From: Ophelia neglecta
Lineage: Eukaryota
DNA: 64,000 nucleotides
Direction: 5' to 3'
Assembly: GCA_965285935.1 (NCBI GenBank)
Contig: OZ260666.1
Coordinates: forward strand, 73,718,001 to 73,782,000
Of this stretch, positions 52,001-63,544 are shown in pieces; positions within the stretch are counted from its first letter, which is position 1, and the number at the start of each line of letters is the position of its first letter. The translations under genes and the position numbers were made by a program. The notes under the pieces were generated by a model. That model had not been told where the DNA came from, ran no database searches, and saw only the letters and a program-made list of their open reading frames with translations.

Positions 52001-55000
52001 CAAACATCAATCCCCAGTGTTCGGTTTCTGAAATCCCCACCACCCCTCCCAACCAAACCTCCACCCGACCCTACAGGATTATAGTGCTTAATCAATCTTA
52101 ACTTGCTAATCGGGGTTTCTGACAGCTGGATTTGGTCTTAAACCTGGTCATTGTGGCCTTAAATCTAATTCTGGTCAACGGAAAACCGATCAACGCGGCC
52201 TCACCTAAACGGTAATAGGCCAATCTAATCCCTGTACTTAAGCTCGCTTCCATAGATCGGTTCCACTTCTCTCAGTTAATTGCTTCTTTTATTGCCCGGA
52301 TGTTAAATGTTCATTATGTGAAATAATATTTAAAGGTTCTTACCAGCCTGACAGCTATGAGGGCGGACAAAGTTTGCATCTTTTCGTTCTGAAAACACAG
52401 AAGCAAATTAAAGTTGTTACTATGGGACAACGAACGTGTTGACCATTTCAACATTCAATATCCTCAACTGGATGCGACTATTCCATTTTAGACGGACAGT
52501 TGTGGTGAAAGAGGTTAAGTTATATATGTTTGTTTGTTTTATTGCATAAAGGATAAGGCCATAGGCCCTCGACCTTACAGTGGAGTCGAAAAATTGCACA
52601 CAGTCACTGTGCATATTCACAATAATAGCAGTAACATGGCCACCAGTAAACATACTATATAAAGAACTTAAATTACTCTGGACAGAAGTCTACAAACAAT
52701 GGATTATAGTTGTAAGTAAATACTACATTAGATGTTGACAGATTTCGCAACCCAATTTATGAATTCTTTGGGCACTACAGGGTCTCAAAAGAAGTCCATT
52801 TGTGATTAAGGAGTGGCCTCAGTTCCCATACGGAAGCAGTTTGTAGGTAAATTATGTATCTAAACATTACTAGTAAATTTGGGATTGGACTTTGAAATAA
52901 ACGAAAAAAAAAGTGAGTGGACCCATCGAAATCAAAACAAAATCGGTAATCAAGAAATTCCATAAATTTTGGAAATATGCATCAAAAAACACTCATTAGG
53001 AGCCCCACATAATTCCACCCGATGATGAAACACACTCGGAGAGTCTATGATGTAATTATCCATCAAATAAACCTGAGCATGTAGCTGGGAAAATCACCTG
53101 CCTAATTATAATGGAACCATAGGGGTTTAATGGGCTCTTATGAAACATGTATGAGTTTGGTCTGATATGACCCCATCGCCTAAAGGCGTCTGAAATTTAT
53201 CAGTGTGGAAATATAATATCGGAGGTAAAACAAGCGTTCTGGGCCTGAAATCTATACCCATGCGGTAAAATGGTCTTGTTGCCAGACGTACAAATTTGTC
53301 ACGCTTAGAACGCCTGTTATACCTTCGGTAATATCGTAGCTCATACGAGTTATACAACCCCGTGGTACCCCCAATGACTGGCACTATTTGCTTGATAAAC
53401 AATACTGACCGTGTCCAGTATATGATAGAGTGACATTCCTATGTAAACTGTTGTTTCTGTGCTGTCATTGCGGACGGGCCGGATGTTTTTCTCATAATGT
53501 AAGAGTATTTTCTGTTTAATTCTGTATTCGTATGAGTATCCCTCCATGTTTTTCGCAGGACTCATGCCACATCCGGGTCGCTTGACCATTTTCCTACGGC
53601 CGCCTTTTGAAGATGATCTGGAGGTCCCTCTGAGAGATCTGGATGGGAAGTCAGCTTGCATCATGTCCATCCCAATATCCTCTTCCTCCTCATCTTCCTC
53701 ATCCGGGTAGTTATCCTCGTATTCCTCCGCGTTTTCTAACTTTATGTGGTCTCTATCACCATCAGGCACACGAAATAGTCCCCTCTCAATATTGTTCACA
53801 TCGTCGGTTTTATACCTATCATTTTTATGACGAGTCTTTGTAGATGGCGCATGCGCAAGAGGCCTATATGCTGTACTGCCGTCGATATCTGGCCCACGGT
53901 CTCCTTTGAGGTGTTTTACTGTATGGTCACTGGGTGGCGCCACCTGTTTAAAAGATTTACTAGATGTCACCGTATTACTGATATGGAGATCCTCTGATTC
54001 AGTGATGTCATCGTTTTGGGGCGGCACTTCCGATGTTTGCGAGTCTCGGTAACCGGGCCTTTCTACGCGCATGTCTTCAGGTGCAGTTGTAGTAGTAGTC
54101 GTTGATAGTGTAGTGGATCCTCCGCCATCTGTACAGTGCAGGAGAACTGGAAGAAAGAAATATAAGAACTTATCTCAATTGTCACCACGAAACAGACAGC
54201 AAACCTCACTGTCCAATGCCATTTGATAAAGTTGAAAGTGACGTGTAAGTCCTTGCAATATTGCGATAATCTCGAACGTTTTTTGACAAATCATTAACAA
54301 CCAGAAGAAAAACTGGAATAAATTTAAGAAAATGAATAAAATGGCGTAGCAACTTGCCACAATGATATCATGAGTTTTTAAATCATAACAGAGAAAAAGA
54401 CAGTAAAACATACAAGTTGTGGGACCATTGTCCTAGACTGATAAAAATATAATTGGCAATTTCCAATTTTAATTCTATTCCAATTTTCAGCAAATTTGAC
54501 AAGTGCTGTCTTGAAAGCAACTTATTAAACATGATAGCAGCAGGCACGAACGCTCAGCGGTGAATCAGTTCTTCTAAACCTTTTCTCCTCGTGCAAATAC
54601 CTTGGTTTACAGTGTTTTTGTTGTCACAAACGGTCATCAGTCTCCCTAAGAAATATTCGGACCCTTCGTAATACCAATAGATATTCAAACACGAAACCAA
54701 TTGCCTGATATTTATTATTTTGTCTTGACCCCGGTGTGATCAATTCTTCTATCAGACATTCCCATCTTTGTTCGAGTTAAGATTGATTGCTGACAGTCTT
54801 GCCGGATTCAGAGGTTTGGGGTGAAAGGTGCCAGGACCTCCACGTTTGTTTTTCAATGGATAATGCTAGTCGTAGATATTGTTTGATGGGTGTCTCCTAG
54901 ATTGGGTCAGCGGATATAGACAAATCCTCACCTCATGGAGATGACATTAGGACAGTCATCATACAAACTAGTCCAGCTACCTTAAGGACTGTGTAGGAAG

Positions 55001-57977
55001 AAAACCAAGTCCTGACTTCTGTGACCCCCACCCAACCATCAGTTACTAGTGTCACCCTGACTACAACCACCAAAACCCCGTTGCCATTCTTCCGGATGGA
55101 AGGGTCTGGGAGGGGGTCACTTCCCCTCATACCCTCCACATTGAAACCCTATACGATTTTTAAGATCAAGCCTAGATCTGCCAGTAGGCGGGGCTCGCAT
55201 ATATCTCAGGTGGCCTCGATTAAATAGGAAATAAAAAAGGCAAAACACGTGCGAAATAATGATTTAACGACATAAGGTCAGGTTAAACGACACCAGGCTC
55301 ACTAGACCGGAGTAAATTTAAGTTCAAATAATTGGTAAATTGGTCAGAATGGACAAGTTGGTTTTTGAACGCTCTGTGATAAGCCAGTTATATTACTTTT
55401 CGTCTGGGGGCAAATAAATGTAAACGAGAGTTATCATATTCGGCAATGAGCCAACCTGTTTTAACTCTTTTAAAAAGTATTTAAAAAACGAGTGGAAGAG
55501 CCGAGCGAACATTTGTGAATCATGACTAGTATGCGATTTTTTTATTTCTCCGATAACAAACTACGGTCGACAAATCACATTGCAAAACGCTCTTATGACA
55601 AATGACGGTCGACCAATCACAGGACAAAACAGGTCGATAAAAAACGACGGCCGACCAATCACAGGACAAAGCCATTCGATTGCGAAGGACGGTTAACAAT
55701 AGAAAATAAAAATCGTGTTTTCAGTCTTAACATGGTTTTGCCCTTTAACTATAAATAATCACAAAAGAAGCTTTGAGGTTTTCACTTTACCTTTTTGCCT
55801 GAGGCCCAAGGACAATTGGGACATTTAGACTAAATGTACGCATCATGGAATTTATACAAATGGGCAGCCGCTGATTTGACCCCACTGACATATAGTGTTA
55901 AAAACTAATTCAACTGCGAGATCTGGGTACTATATTCATATATCTGTGAATTAAACAAAAACGTCTGTAAGCGGATGAATCGATAAACAACTTGATGACA
56001 TTTAGAACCAAGTGAAAAAGAACAAGAAATACCATTCTTCACAGAGTGGCACCGTCTTTCTCCAGGGCCCTGACTGTCATTGCTTAAAGCCTATGTTTGT
56101 TTGCCAAGTGTCCATTGATGTTTTGTTCTTATCGAGTCACCGTCCTTCGAGGTCTAATCTAACCTCAGCCCCACCCCGCCGACAAAACAAATAAAAGCAA
56201 ATAGAAAACCAGAGAGTCAAATGTCGACTTGAGATTGAGCGATCACACCCGCATACCAATCAGCCCCCGGCTGACTCACAGCCGGGAAGTCAGACCGCTG
56301 TTCAGCTGGCCGGCAGCTCCAGTATCCCACTGCAGTGTTCTGGAAACTTAGAATCAAAGAGGCAGGGTAAAGTCTGGGTATTTTGCGCATCGTTTAGTAG
56401 CATAAGAAGAAAGTCGCCTTATTTCGTTTAGTAAGTATACTACTCTGTGCATAAGTTGCGCGAAAAAGCCTATTTTTTTGGGCGGAATTGTCTTATGGAA
56501 AGGCTGAAGAGGGCAAATGTGAGATGTATTTGTACAGATAAGATTTTAATACGGCCACGAAATAAGCAGCTCCAGGGTGAGGGGAGAGTGAGGGGAGAGA
56601 GAGAGAGAGAGAAATAAATAGAATTGTTAATACTTTAACATAAGTTATGTAACTTATTATATCATAGATGGATGTAGGGTAGGATGGAGGAGATAGGCAG
56701 GAAGTTTAGGGGTCGATGTGGGAGTAGAAACTGTCCCCTCCCAGCCTCCCCTTTAAGGCACATTGATCGTTGTCTATTGTTTCCGGACCCGCCCTTCGAT
56801 ACCACTCGTATTGTGAGTCACTGACCGGGCGATATGCCTTTGGTTAATTGGCACCAGGACCTGACAGGTCAGCCACCCTCGTCTCTCACTGTCAGAATCA
56901 CCCAAGAACTGTGGATGGGCAAGTCTGTGGTATTATCTCAGCCCGGCGGCACAACTGAACATTGCGTGGAATCGGCGGGTTAAGCGATATCAATTACCGG
57001 CTACAGCCGTGTAGTCAGCTTTGGGGAGACTATACGGGTATTAGATGACCTCTTATTGTTCCATCCGTATCATAAAACTAGATCACTGACCAACGCATGT
57101 TACCCTAGTGTGTCTGCCCCTCAAACAGCTGTGTCATCATCACTTTGTCACTGGCCCATTTGCCGCTGACATCATCGAATTATCTATTGTCAGGATTCTT
57201 GGTAGAGAGGTACGTGTAAGATCCGTGGCCGGGGGAGGGGATAGTGTGCGCTCAGGCGTTTTGAGATACCTCATTGTCGAAAGGAAACTAGTAAACTAGC
57301 CACAAAGTTAAGTTTCTTCAAACCGCTTTGGACGAAATGACATCCCATCAACAACTTGGTTCCACGCATTGACTGCCACTGCTGCTTTCTGACTGACCTC
57401 CCCAACCCCCCCCCCTATCACGCCCCATCGCAATATTTAATTTTTGATAATGCATGCCGGTATTCGTGCAACAGCATCGTAATGTCATTAAATAACGTTT
57501 CACAAAATAGCCATGGGCAACACATTCATGTTATTTACTCGATAACAAATAAACAAAGAAAGTTATTTCTGGTGGTTTCTCTGGATGCTACCGTATTGGT
57601 GATGTTTATGATGAATATAATACCAAGGGTTTCCTCTAAAGTAACATTTGCAAAGTTCTATTAAAAAATGGATGGAAACTTCCTACGAATAAATGCAATT
57701 CAAAGCCTTATTAATTGTATGAGTTGCATGCATATGCCACTTTGCAAATCATAATACACTTAACGATCAGGGGATCCATTGACCACCCTAACATTGAAAT
57801 ATTTAATATTCATATGTGAATTATTTTGTTTTCGTTTGAAGGATAAAAAGTATGTCTCACTACATGATGGCTGAAAGTTTGTCTTATCAAGTGTTTAACA
57901 ATTTCAGATATGTTAGTAAACATTTGAACATTACCTTGTCCAAATGCCATAAGCCATAATGTTTTCTTAAGAGACAT
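45546..57977 (-). CDS. Cys-loop ligand-gated ion channel, nicotinic acetylcholine receptor alpha-type subunit (alpha7/alpha9-like), 8 coding exons, 648 aa: join of complement(57935..57977, 53410..54146, 52344..52388, 50170..50279, 48356..48416, 47342..47539, 46487..46766, 45546..46018)
   Basis: Exons assembled by hand; all introns GT..AG with matching phases (1,0,0,2,0,0,1); total 1947 nt = 648 aa + TGA. Motifs: helix EYRIKQKILLHYEKNIRPV, WMDEYLTW, WTPDIFINN, Cys-loop C-x13-C (CTLDVRHFPFDRQKC), SWTF, loop C YACCPEPY, M1-M4 with PVESGEKV and AKCVDKIFFWLF. Confidence 0.95.
46487..46766 (-). CDS. nAChR-like gene, exon 7 (loop C, M1, M2)
   Basis: GTATTGCAG|GTG...CTA G|GTACGT; encodes YACCPEPYPDVTF, RRSLFYIINLIFPC and PVESGEKVNLEITILLALVVFLLIVGE. 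Confidence 0.96.
47342..47539 (-). CDS. nAChR-like gene, exon 6 (Cys-loop, loop B)
   Basis: TTTTCTCCAG|GTG CTG TGG...GAC CAG|GTACCT; encodes VLWMFPAVVKTYCTLDVRHFPFDRQKCNIVFISWTF...EWYVDQ. Confidence 0.95.
48356..48416 (-). CDS. nAChR-like gene, exon 5 (61 nt, (F)ADDSFKDFMDTFAIISSNGQ)
   Basis: TTCCTTTCCAG|T GCC...CAG|GTAGGC; its phase-2 start completes TT|T (Phe) from exon 4. Confidence 0.92.
50170..50279 (-). CDS. nAChR-like gene, exon 4 (110 nt, RWMDEYLTWDEKEYGGVDKIWIPALLVWTPDIFINN)
   Basis: CTCCGTCTAG|CGG...AAT TT|GTAAGA; the 110-nt exon typical of nAChR genes, with WxD and WxPD motifs. Confidence 0.95.
52073..52264 (-). mobile_element. MITE family A copy in nAChR intron 3 (left end missing)
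   Basis: TCTTAACTTGCTAATCGGGGTTTCTG...GCTGGATTTGGTCTTAAACC...GGTAATAGGCCAATCTAATCCC is the reverse complement of the 22075 copy. Confidence 0.75.
52344..52388 (-). CDS. nAChR-like gene, exon 3 (45 nt, NEKMQTLSALIAVRL)
   Basis: TGTTTTCAG|AAC...CTG|GTAAGA; the 45-nt exon typical of nAChR genes, aligning to DEKNQVLTTNIWLQM. Too short for the ORF track. Confidence 0.93.
53410..54146 (-). CDS. nAChR-like gene, exon 2 (737 nt: end of signal peptide, long N-terminal extension, N-terminal helix)
   Basis: Acceptor TTTCTTTCTTCCAG|TT; open frame shared with ORF 53350..54072; ends ...SLYHILDT ACG|GTCAGT. Confidence 0.92.
55562..55700. repeat. ~41-bp tandem repeat (3-4 units, GACGGTCGACCAATCACAGGACAAA) inside a probable Kolobok-like element ending CCCTTTAA (55748)
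   Basis: Direct repeats near 55563, 55603 and 55646, with a TTAA-type terminus downstream. Confidence 0.55.
57935..57977 (-). CDS. nAChR-like gene, coding exon 1 (signal peptide MSLKKTLWLMAFGQ)
   Basis: ATG preceded in frame by TGA TAA TAT. Ends CAA G|GTAATG (phase 1), matching the phase-1 start of exon 2 and giving the signal peptide MSLKKTLWLMAFGQVLLHCTDG. Confidence 0.75.
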
Positions 57978-58024
57978 ATATTATCAAGTAACTCTTTTGA
58001 TCCAGTATTCTATTTGATACCGAA

Positions 58025-58091
58025 TGCTACACGACGCTACAAGATGCTTCATGATACTACACGATGCAACATGATACTACACGTACGATGC
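58025..58091. repeat. 10-bp tandem repeat (TGCTACACGA-like, ~6 units) just upstream of the nAChR start codon
   Basis: tgctacacga cgctacaaga tgcttcatga tactacacga tgcaacatga tactacacg. Confidence 0.7.
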
Positions 58092-61000
58092 CCTTTTGGA
58101 TTAACTGCACATCCGATCCCTTTCAACCTTCATGATGAATGTCTAGTGTGAAGATTGAAACCTGTTTTCCTATTTAAAATTGAAAGCAGTGACAGGGAAT
58201 ACTCTATTTTCCTTAACTTGGATGCGCAGACACATTATTAGTCTTTGATTCCCACTTTTTAATTGCACAGTGACATAGTACTTCTTCTTGTTCGAGGATG
58301 GCTGTGCAATGTATATGAAATTGTTCGATCTTAGAAAAGTAAGACTTTTTTTTCGTACCACTTACTAGTAATTTTGATTGCAGTATTAGCATAATGAACG
58401 AGTGTTTTAAGCCGTATTACTGTATGTTAAATAAGACGTCTCGTATGGTATTTACGAGAAGGACGGTCTGATATTCTGAGCATGTTAACTTGCATGTGTG
58501 TGATAAGGTCCTCTGTGTTTGTATTCATCATGGCTTTTTTATTTCTTTCAATGCATTGATCATGTTTGGGATACATCATTGTGATTTGTGTAAAAATGAT
58601 GAGTTGTATGAATTAAAGTTATTATGTCCCTCCCAACTATCATCATTTGTGACACTGAAGCTGATTAGTGGTGATTTCTTGTGTGCTGGAAAGAGCTTTT
58701 AAAGAATAAGTTTTCAGTCACTTTTGAGAGCTTAGTATGCAAATCAGAAATGGCATATCCCCTTCTCTAAAGTCTCAGATGACGAAATGATTTAACTCAA
58801 ATGCCTTATTTTAACCAAATAGAAATATCCTTATCAATAATTTATAATGCATCCTGCAGTTCTTTGACGGGCGTTGATATACACTAAATGTTATGACTAT
58901 AAAGCATTCCATTTTCCGATACAAAATACTTAAATAAAAGACTAAAAAAAGGTGGTAAAGATAGAAAATGAGATCAGTTTTCACTGGGGATTCAAGTGTT
59001 GGAATCGGGCGCAATAAAATCCAGAAGATTGATAAAGTTGCCGAAGCATTTTAGTCGAATCGCTGTAAAATGTGGCAAGAAGAATGATACATTGGGGAAC
59101 ATTTTGGTAAGAGTTGGTGAAATGGACGCCTAAAGGGCCAGTGATAGCGCAAACCAACTATCATCACACCAATAAACAAAAGCCAATCTCCTAGCTGGTG
59201 AAACCCCTTAACTGGAGCTAAAGATACACAATTTATTCCCTTATCAACAACACAAAATGTGGACAATTGGTATCCCCGTTAGACAGAGTGTCAAAATCAA
59301 TGGTGAGAAATCATGATAAACTATGTCTCACAGTTTAGACAGGCACTACTAGTCACATTTATTCAACTTTTCGGGGCTTACCAAATTGATATTTCGGACA
59401 ACTTGCATTAAGACCTTATAGCAAGACGGGGTGTTGATCTAGATGGATGGTCCTTTCAAGCAGGTCTTTCATTTATTGGTTTACAACCTCCAGCTTCATA
59501 GCTCTATCCTGATATGACGCCTCCAACGACTTGTACATGAAACGACGTTTTTGAGATCACAGATTTTACCTTTTAGGAGCACTTTCATCAGGCCAATAAG
59601 TCTTAGAACGCCACGTTAACTTAACATGAATAGCGCCTCGACCTTTTTATAGACACGCTATAAATGGATTATGTGAACTGTTTAAAGCTTTTGGTGTTTT
59701 TTTTACCTATCTCTAAAAAAATTAATCTTATTTTACCCTTGCGTGGGTCGCTTCTTCGTAATATCCCTTGAGTTCGGTAAAAATAGCGATTCGGATTGAC
59801 AAATTTTAATAAAATGATTAAGAATCGATGTAATGGAATTGCGTTGCCATGATTTTAAAGGCCTGCGGACAGTCTACCCTAAGTAAGGTCGTAGAACTCA
59901 TGGACACCCAGTGCTACAACTAAAAGTAGGTAAACCTTAAAACATACGACTCGGTGTTAAAGGAGTATTTACCCACAAGGACGGAATGACCCAGCTATGT
60001 AATAATTATTCAACGATATTACCTACATTTTTACGTTAAATTTACTAGCATGGCATACAATATAATTTAATATTTGCATATCAATTTTAGTCAACATCAC
60101 TTTGGAACACAAAGGTATGAATTGAAACTAGATATATAGTTAATATTATAGTATTGCTAAAATAACATTTAAATTGTAGAAGGAATAAATGCCAAAATAG
60201 TTAGTTAGTACCAAAACTAACCAACGATAATTGCATGTGCATGCCGTATTAAGTAACGAAATAGGTAACAACACAGATTATTGCTGAAAGATATATACAT
60301 GATATATATAATATATTCAAATACGAGTTAATGTGCCCCAAATTCAGTAGGAGAACTTGAAAAATGTGCAAGAGTGCCAACACGCGGTCGATGCCCATGT
60401 TTATTCCTTTATATTTTTTGCAAAATTATTACCTTTCGACTAAAGGACAAAGATTCCTTTCGTCTGAAAGACAAAGATTCCTTTCTCGGACGTACAATTC
60501 TAGGATTTAGTCCCCTACGGAAACAGCCCTCTACAGTTATGCAGCAAGAGAACTTGCAGTCTCTTTCACCACCATCTTAAAGTCGTAACATAGTCTTAAG
60601 ACCTAAGATAATTTATTGGAAAAAGCCGACCCTGGTGAGGGTTTGGTTTCCGGTTCCGGAATTCGATATGCCACAGACATTACTGTCTGTAGCAGTAGGC
60701 CCATAAACATCCTTAAAACGTTAGAAATATGCGCTCTTCGCAAAACACCCGTGTCCTGAATGGTGCCCCAGAGACCTAGATAAAACAACCACTGCGCAGG
60801 ATGAATGGGCGATAACAGTTCAAACGGAAATGCCGCCTGCGTCCCTCGAGTCTCATAAAGGCCAATTATCGCTCATGAAACGCTCCAATTTCTTGAGTTA
60901 AATGGAAGGCTAACCCACTCCAGTATCCTCGTGTTACCAGAAAATTTTCGTAAACAGGAAATGTTCCAAAATAACTATACGATTGCGAATTTCACTTTAA

Positions 61001-63544
61001 TTAACCACTCGTGTAAATTTGGTCCATTGCCATATGTTGACCTATTTTGCATAGATAGGTAGGAATATTTCGCTCGCAGAGTTGGGACAAGTAGTTGTCA
61101 TGGCTAATTTACTCATTGTAGGTAGCCTTATCCCATGCAAACTGTACGTGAAAAAATACTACTTACTGCGTGTCATTAAACGATGAGCGAATTTACCCTA
61201 TATTTAGTCAGTGCCGAAATTACGCGCAAGGTAATGTTGGGTAATTTCGTGAATCTGACAATGCGGAAAACAGCTTGTCTTCAAAATATATGCATGAAAT
61301 ACGCCTACTTCATGCGAGGAATAAACCTATTTCCGTTCATAACTGATAACACACTGATTCCCCGGAATCAAACGATGTCCTATTCTACCTGACTATAACA
61401 CCTATGAGGGAAAGCAATTGCCGAATTCTTGCTGGTCGTGATCGTGTCTTGGCTGACGCTATAATTGGGTGGTAAATCTCGCCAAACCGATCGAACGCTG
61501 TTAACATAGCTTCCTCGCGGGCAGTGCACTTTTGGTGAACCGCATTACAACGAGACACTCTAATGTTATACGCATGGCACCACTTAAACATAAAGAGGAT
61601 GTGCCCAGTGAGAGAAAGTTTCATCCCCGGGGCATTGTCACTCTGATTCTAAAGTAGATTCATAAATATAGCGATGACCAATTCGCTCCGTAATTTCAGA
61701 AATGTCCACGCTATACTGCTACAATATTTACCGATGTTACAGGGGTGGAACCAATATCATTAGAAATGACAGGGATTAAATGTAATGTCAAGAATATATC
61801 ACTAGTTCTGTTTGTTTTCTTAATAGTGTTTAAATTATAGGATAGGCGTCGCACTTAGCAGGTAATACGCAATGGTGCCACAAGGATTATCCAAAAATGA
61901 CGTGGCCACTATGCAATAAATTATATGGCATCAGATGCTATCAAGGAAATTAAACATTTCTTAACATTTGTATTTTCTATCTCCATTTTATTTATAAACT
62001 TCATCTGTTGAAAAAATTCCTATGTTAAACCCTCATGTTTCTCCAGCAATGAGTTATTAGCCCACATTAAGTCCAACGTTTAGGTGTGTATCTAGTTTGG
62101 CTATATAGTTAAAAGGGGCCATTGTTCTGTAATGGCGTGTATGGAACTACTTTTATATCCGCTTGTTCAAGTGCCCACCGTACATTTTGGACTATTTGTC
62201 TAGACACAAATAAAAACACAAAAGTTAGCTATTTGACTAAAAAGCAAATAGAGTTTTATATATTCTTGTAAATATACAATGTACAAGAAAATATAGTGAT
62301 ACGTAAAATAAAGGAACAACTGAATATTCCAAGCGCTAACTGTACGGAAAATTACGAGACAAAAGAGTCATAAAAAATGCAGATTATCTAGATCTTATTC
62401 TAGCAATCGTGACACCTTAATTACATTGAAATGGCCGTCTCATTATGTACATTGGTTCCTTGGCAGGCCATCATATCTACATGTATGAATCCTTCGTTTT
62501 GTTTTGTTTTACTTTCGTTCCCTGGGCTTTTCAACTAAGAGCATTTTCCCACATTCATTCACTGTCCTTTAAAATAATATACACAATATAGATCCACATG
62601 ATCAGACATATAGCCCTCTTTATTCTCAATATTAAAACCGATGGTATTGTGGTAGTTAGAACAGAGGTCTACCTGAGGCGTTCTGTTTTATTTGGGTACA
62701 TATATAGGCCGGAAAAAATATACCATACTAATTTATATGTCTTTCAGCAAGAGAATAATGCAACAAGTACATGTAAATAAATGTGATATATAATGTTCAT
62801 ATAACTAATATAATCAAGGCCAAACAATGAGTTACAGTCCAACTTCTGGGTTTTAGCTCGGTTGCATTGGCTTCACCAAAAGTGAGAGTGTGCTTAAAAA
62901 GCAAATATATTCTTGCACATTTTCATGTCGCCTACGCCAACCAAAATCACATTCAGTAATACTGTAAGAATCCCAGAGTAATACATTAATTAACATATCA
63001 TTATCAGAAAAGTGGATAATATTGATTTCTAGGCGGATGTAGGAACTTCCGGCGTCATAACTCCTCCAGGGGGAGCTAAAACGGAAGTCACAGTCTCGTC
63101 TGGCGCCTGTAAAAGACAAGATGATCAGACACTGACTGAAGTGACGCGCGCAAGGTCATAGACGGGCAAAGATAGTCACAGGACATTCGGGAAGCCAGGT
63201 GGTGAAGTGTCCTTCAGAATAATCCAAACAGCTGATCTTGCCATGACAGATCATTTGGTAATATTCGTATATTTGAGAAATTTCTAATCAGATCCATGGC
63301 CAGGCTGCCGCGTCTGTTGGCGGCGGTAGAAACTTGTTTCATCAACCTGAACTGTCCGGACCGAATAGAAAAGGAGGAGGCGGGTTGGAGAGGAGAGGTG
63401 GGAGGGGGGGGGGGGTTCTGGATTTTTTTTATTGAAGCATAGCGCCCAGCATGGGGCTGGCGTGGCAGGTGCTGGTGTTGAAGCCAAAGCATGGCTTTAA
63501 GATGCAATCCGTTCAGTCCAAACTTCGCAAATAAAAATAGTCAG

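Noticed and set aside
54175-54411. Hydrophobic 78-aa minus-strand ORF next to exon 2
   Set aside because: T-rich intron sequence, closed by a stop before the exon 2 acceptor, with no convincing donor.
55791-55824. Alternative nAChR first exon MSQLSLGLRQK (phase 1, G|GTAAAG)
   Set aside because: It lacks a hydrophobic core; the 57935-57977 exon gives a much better signal peptide. A minor isoform cannot be fully excluded.
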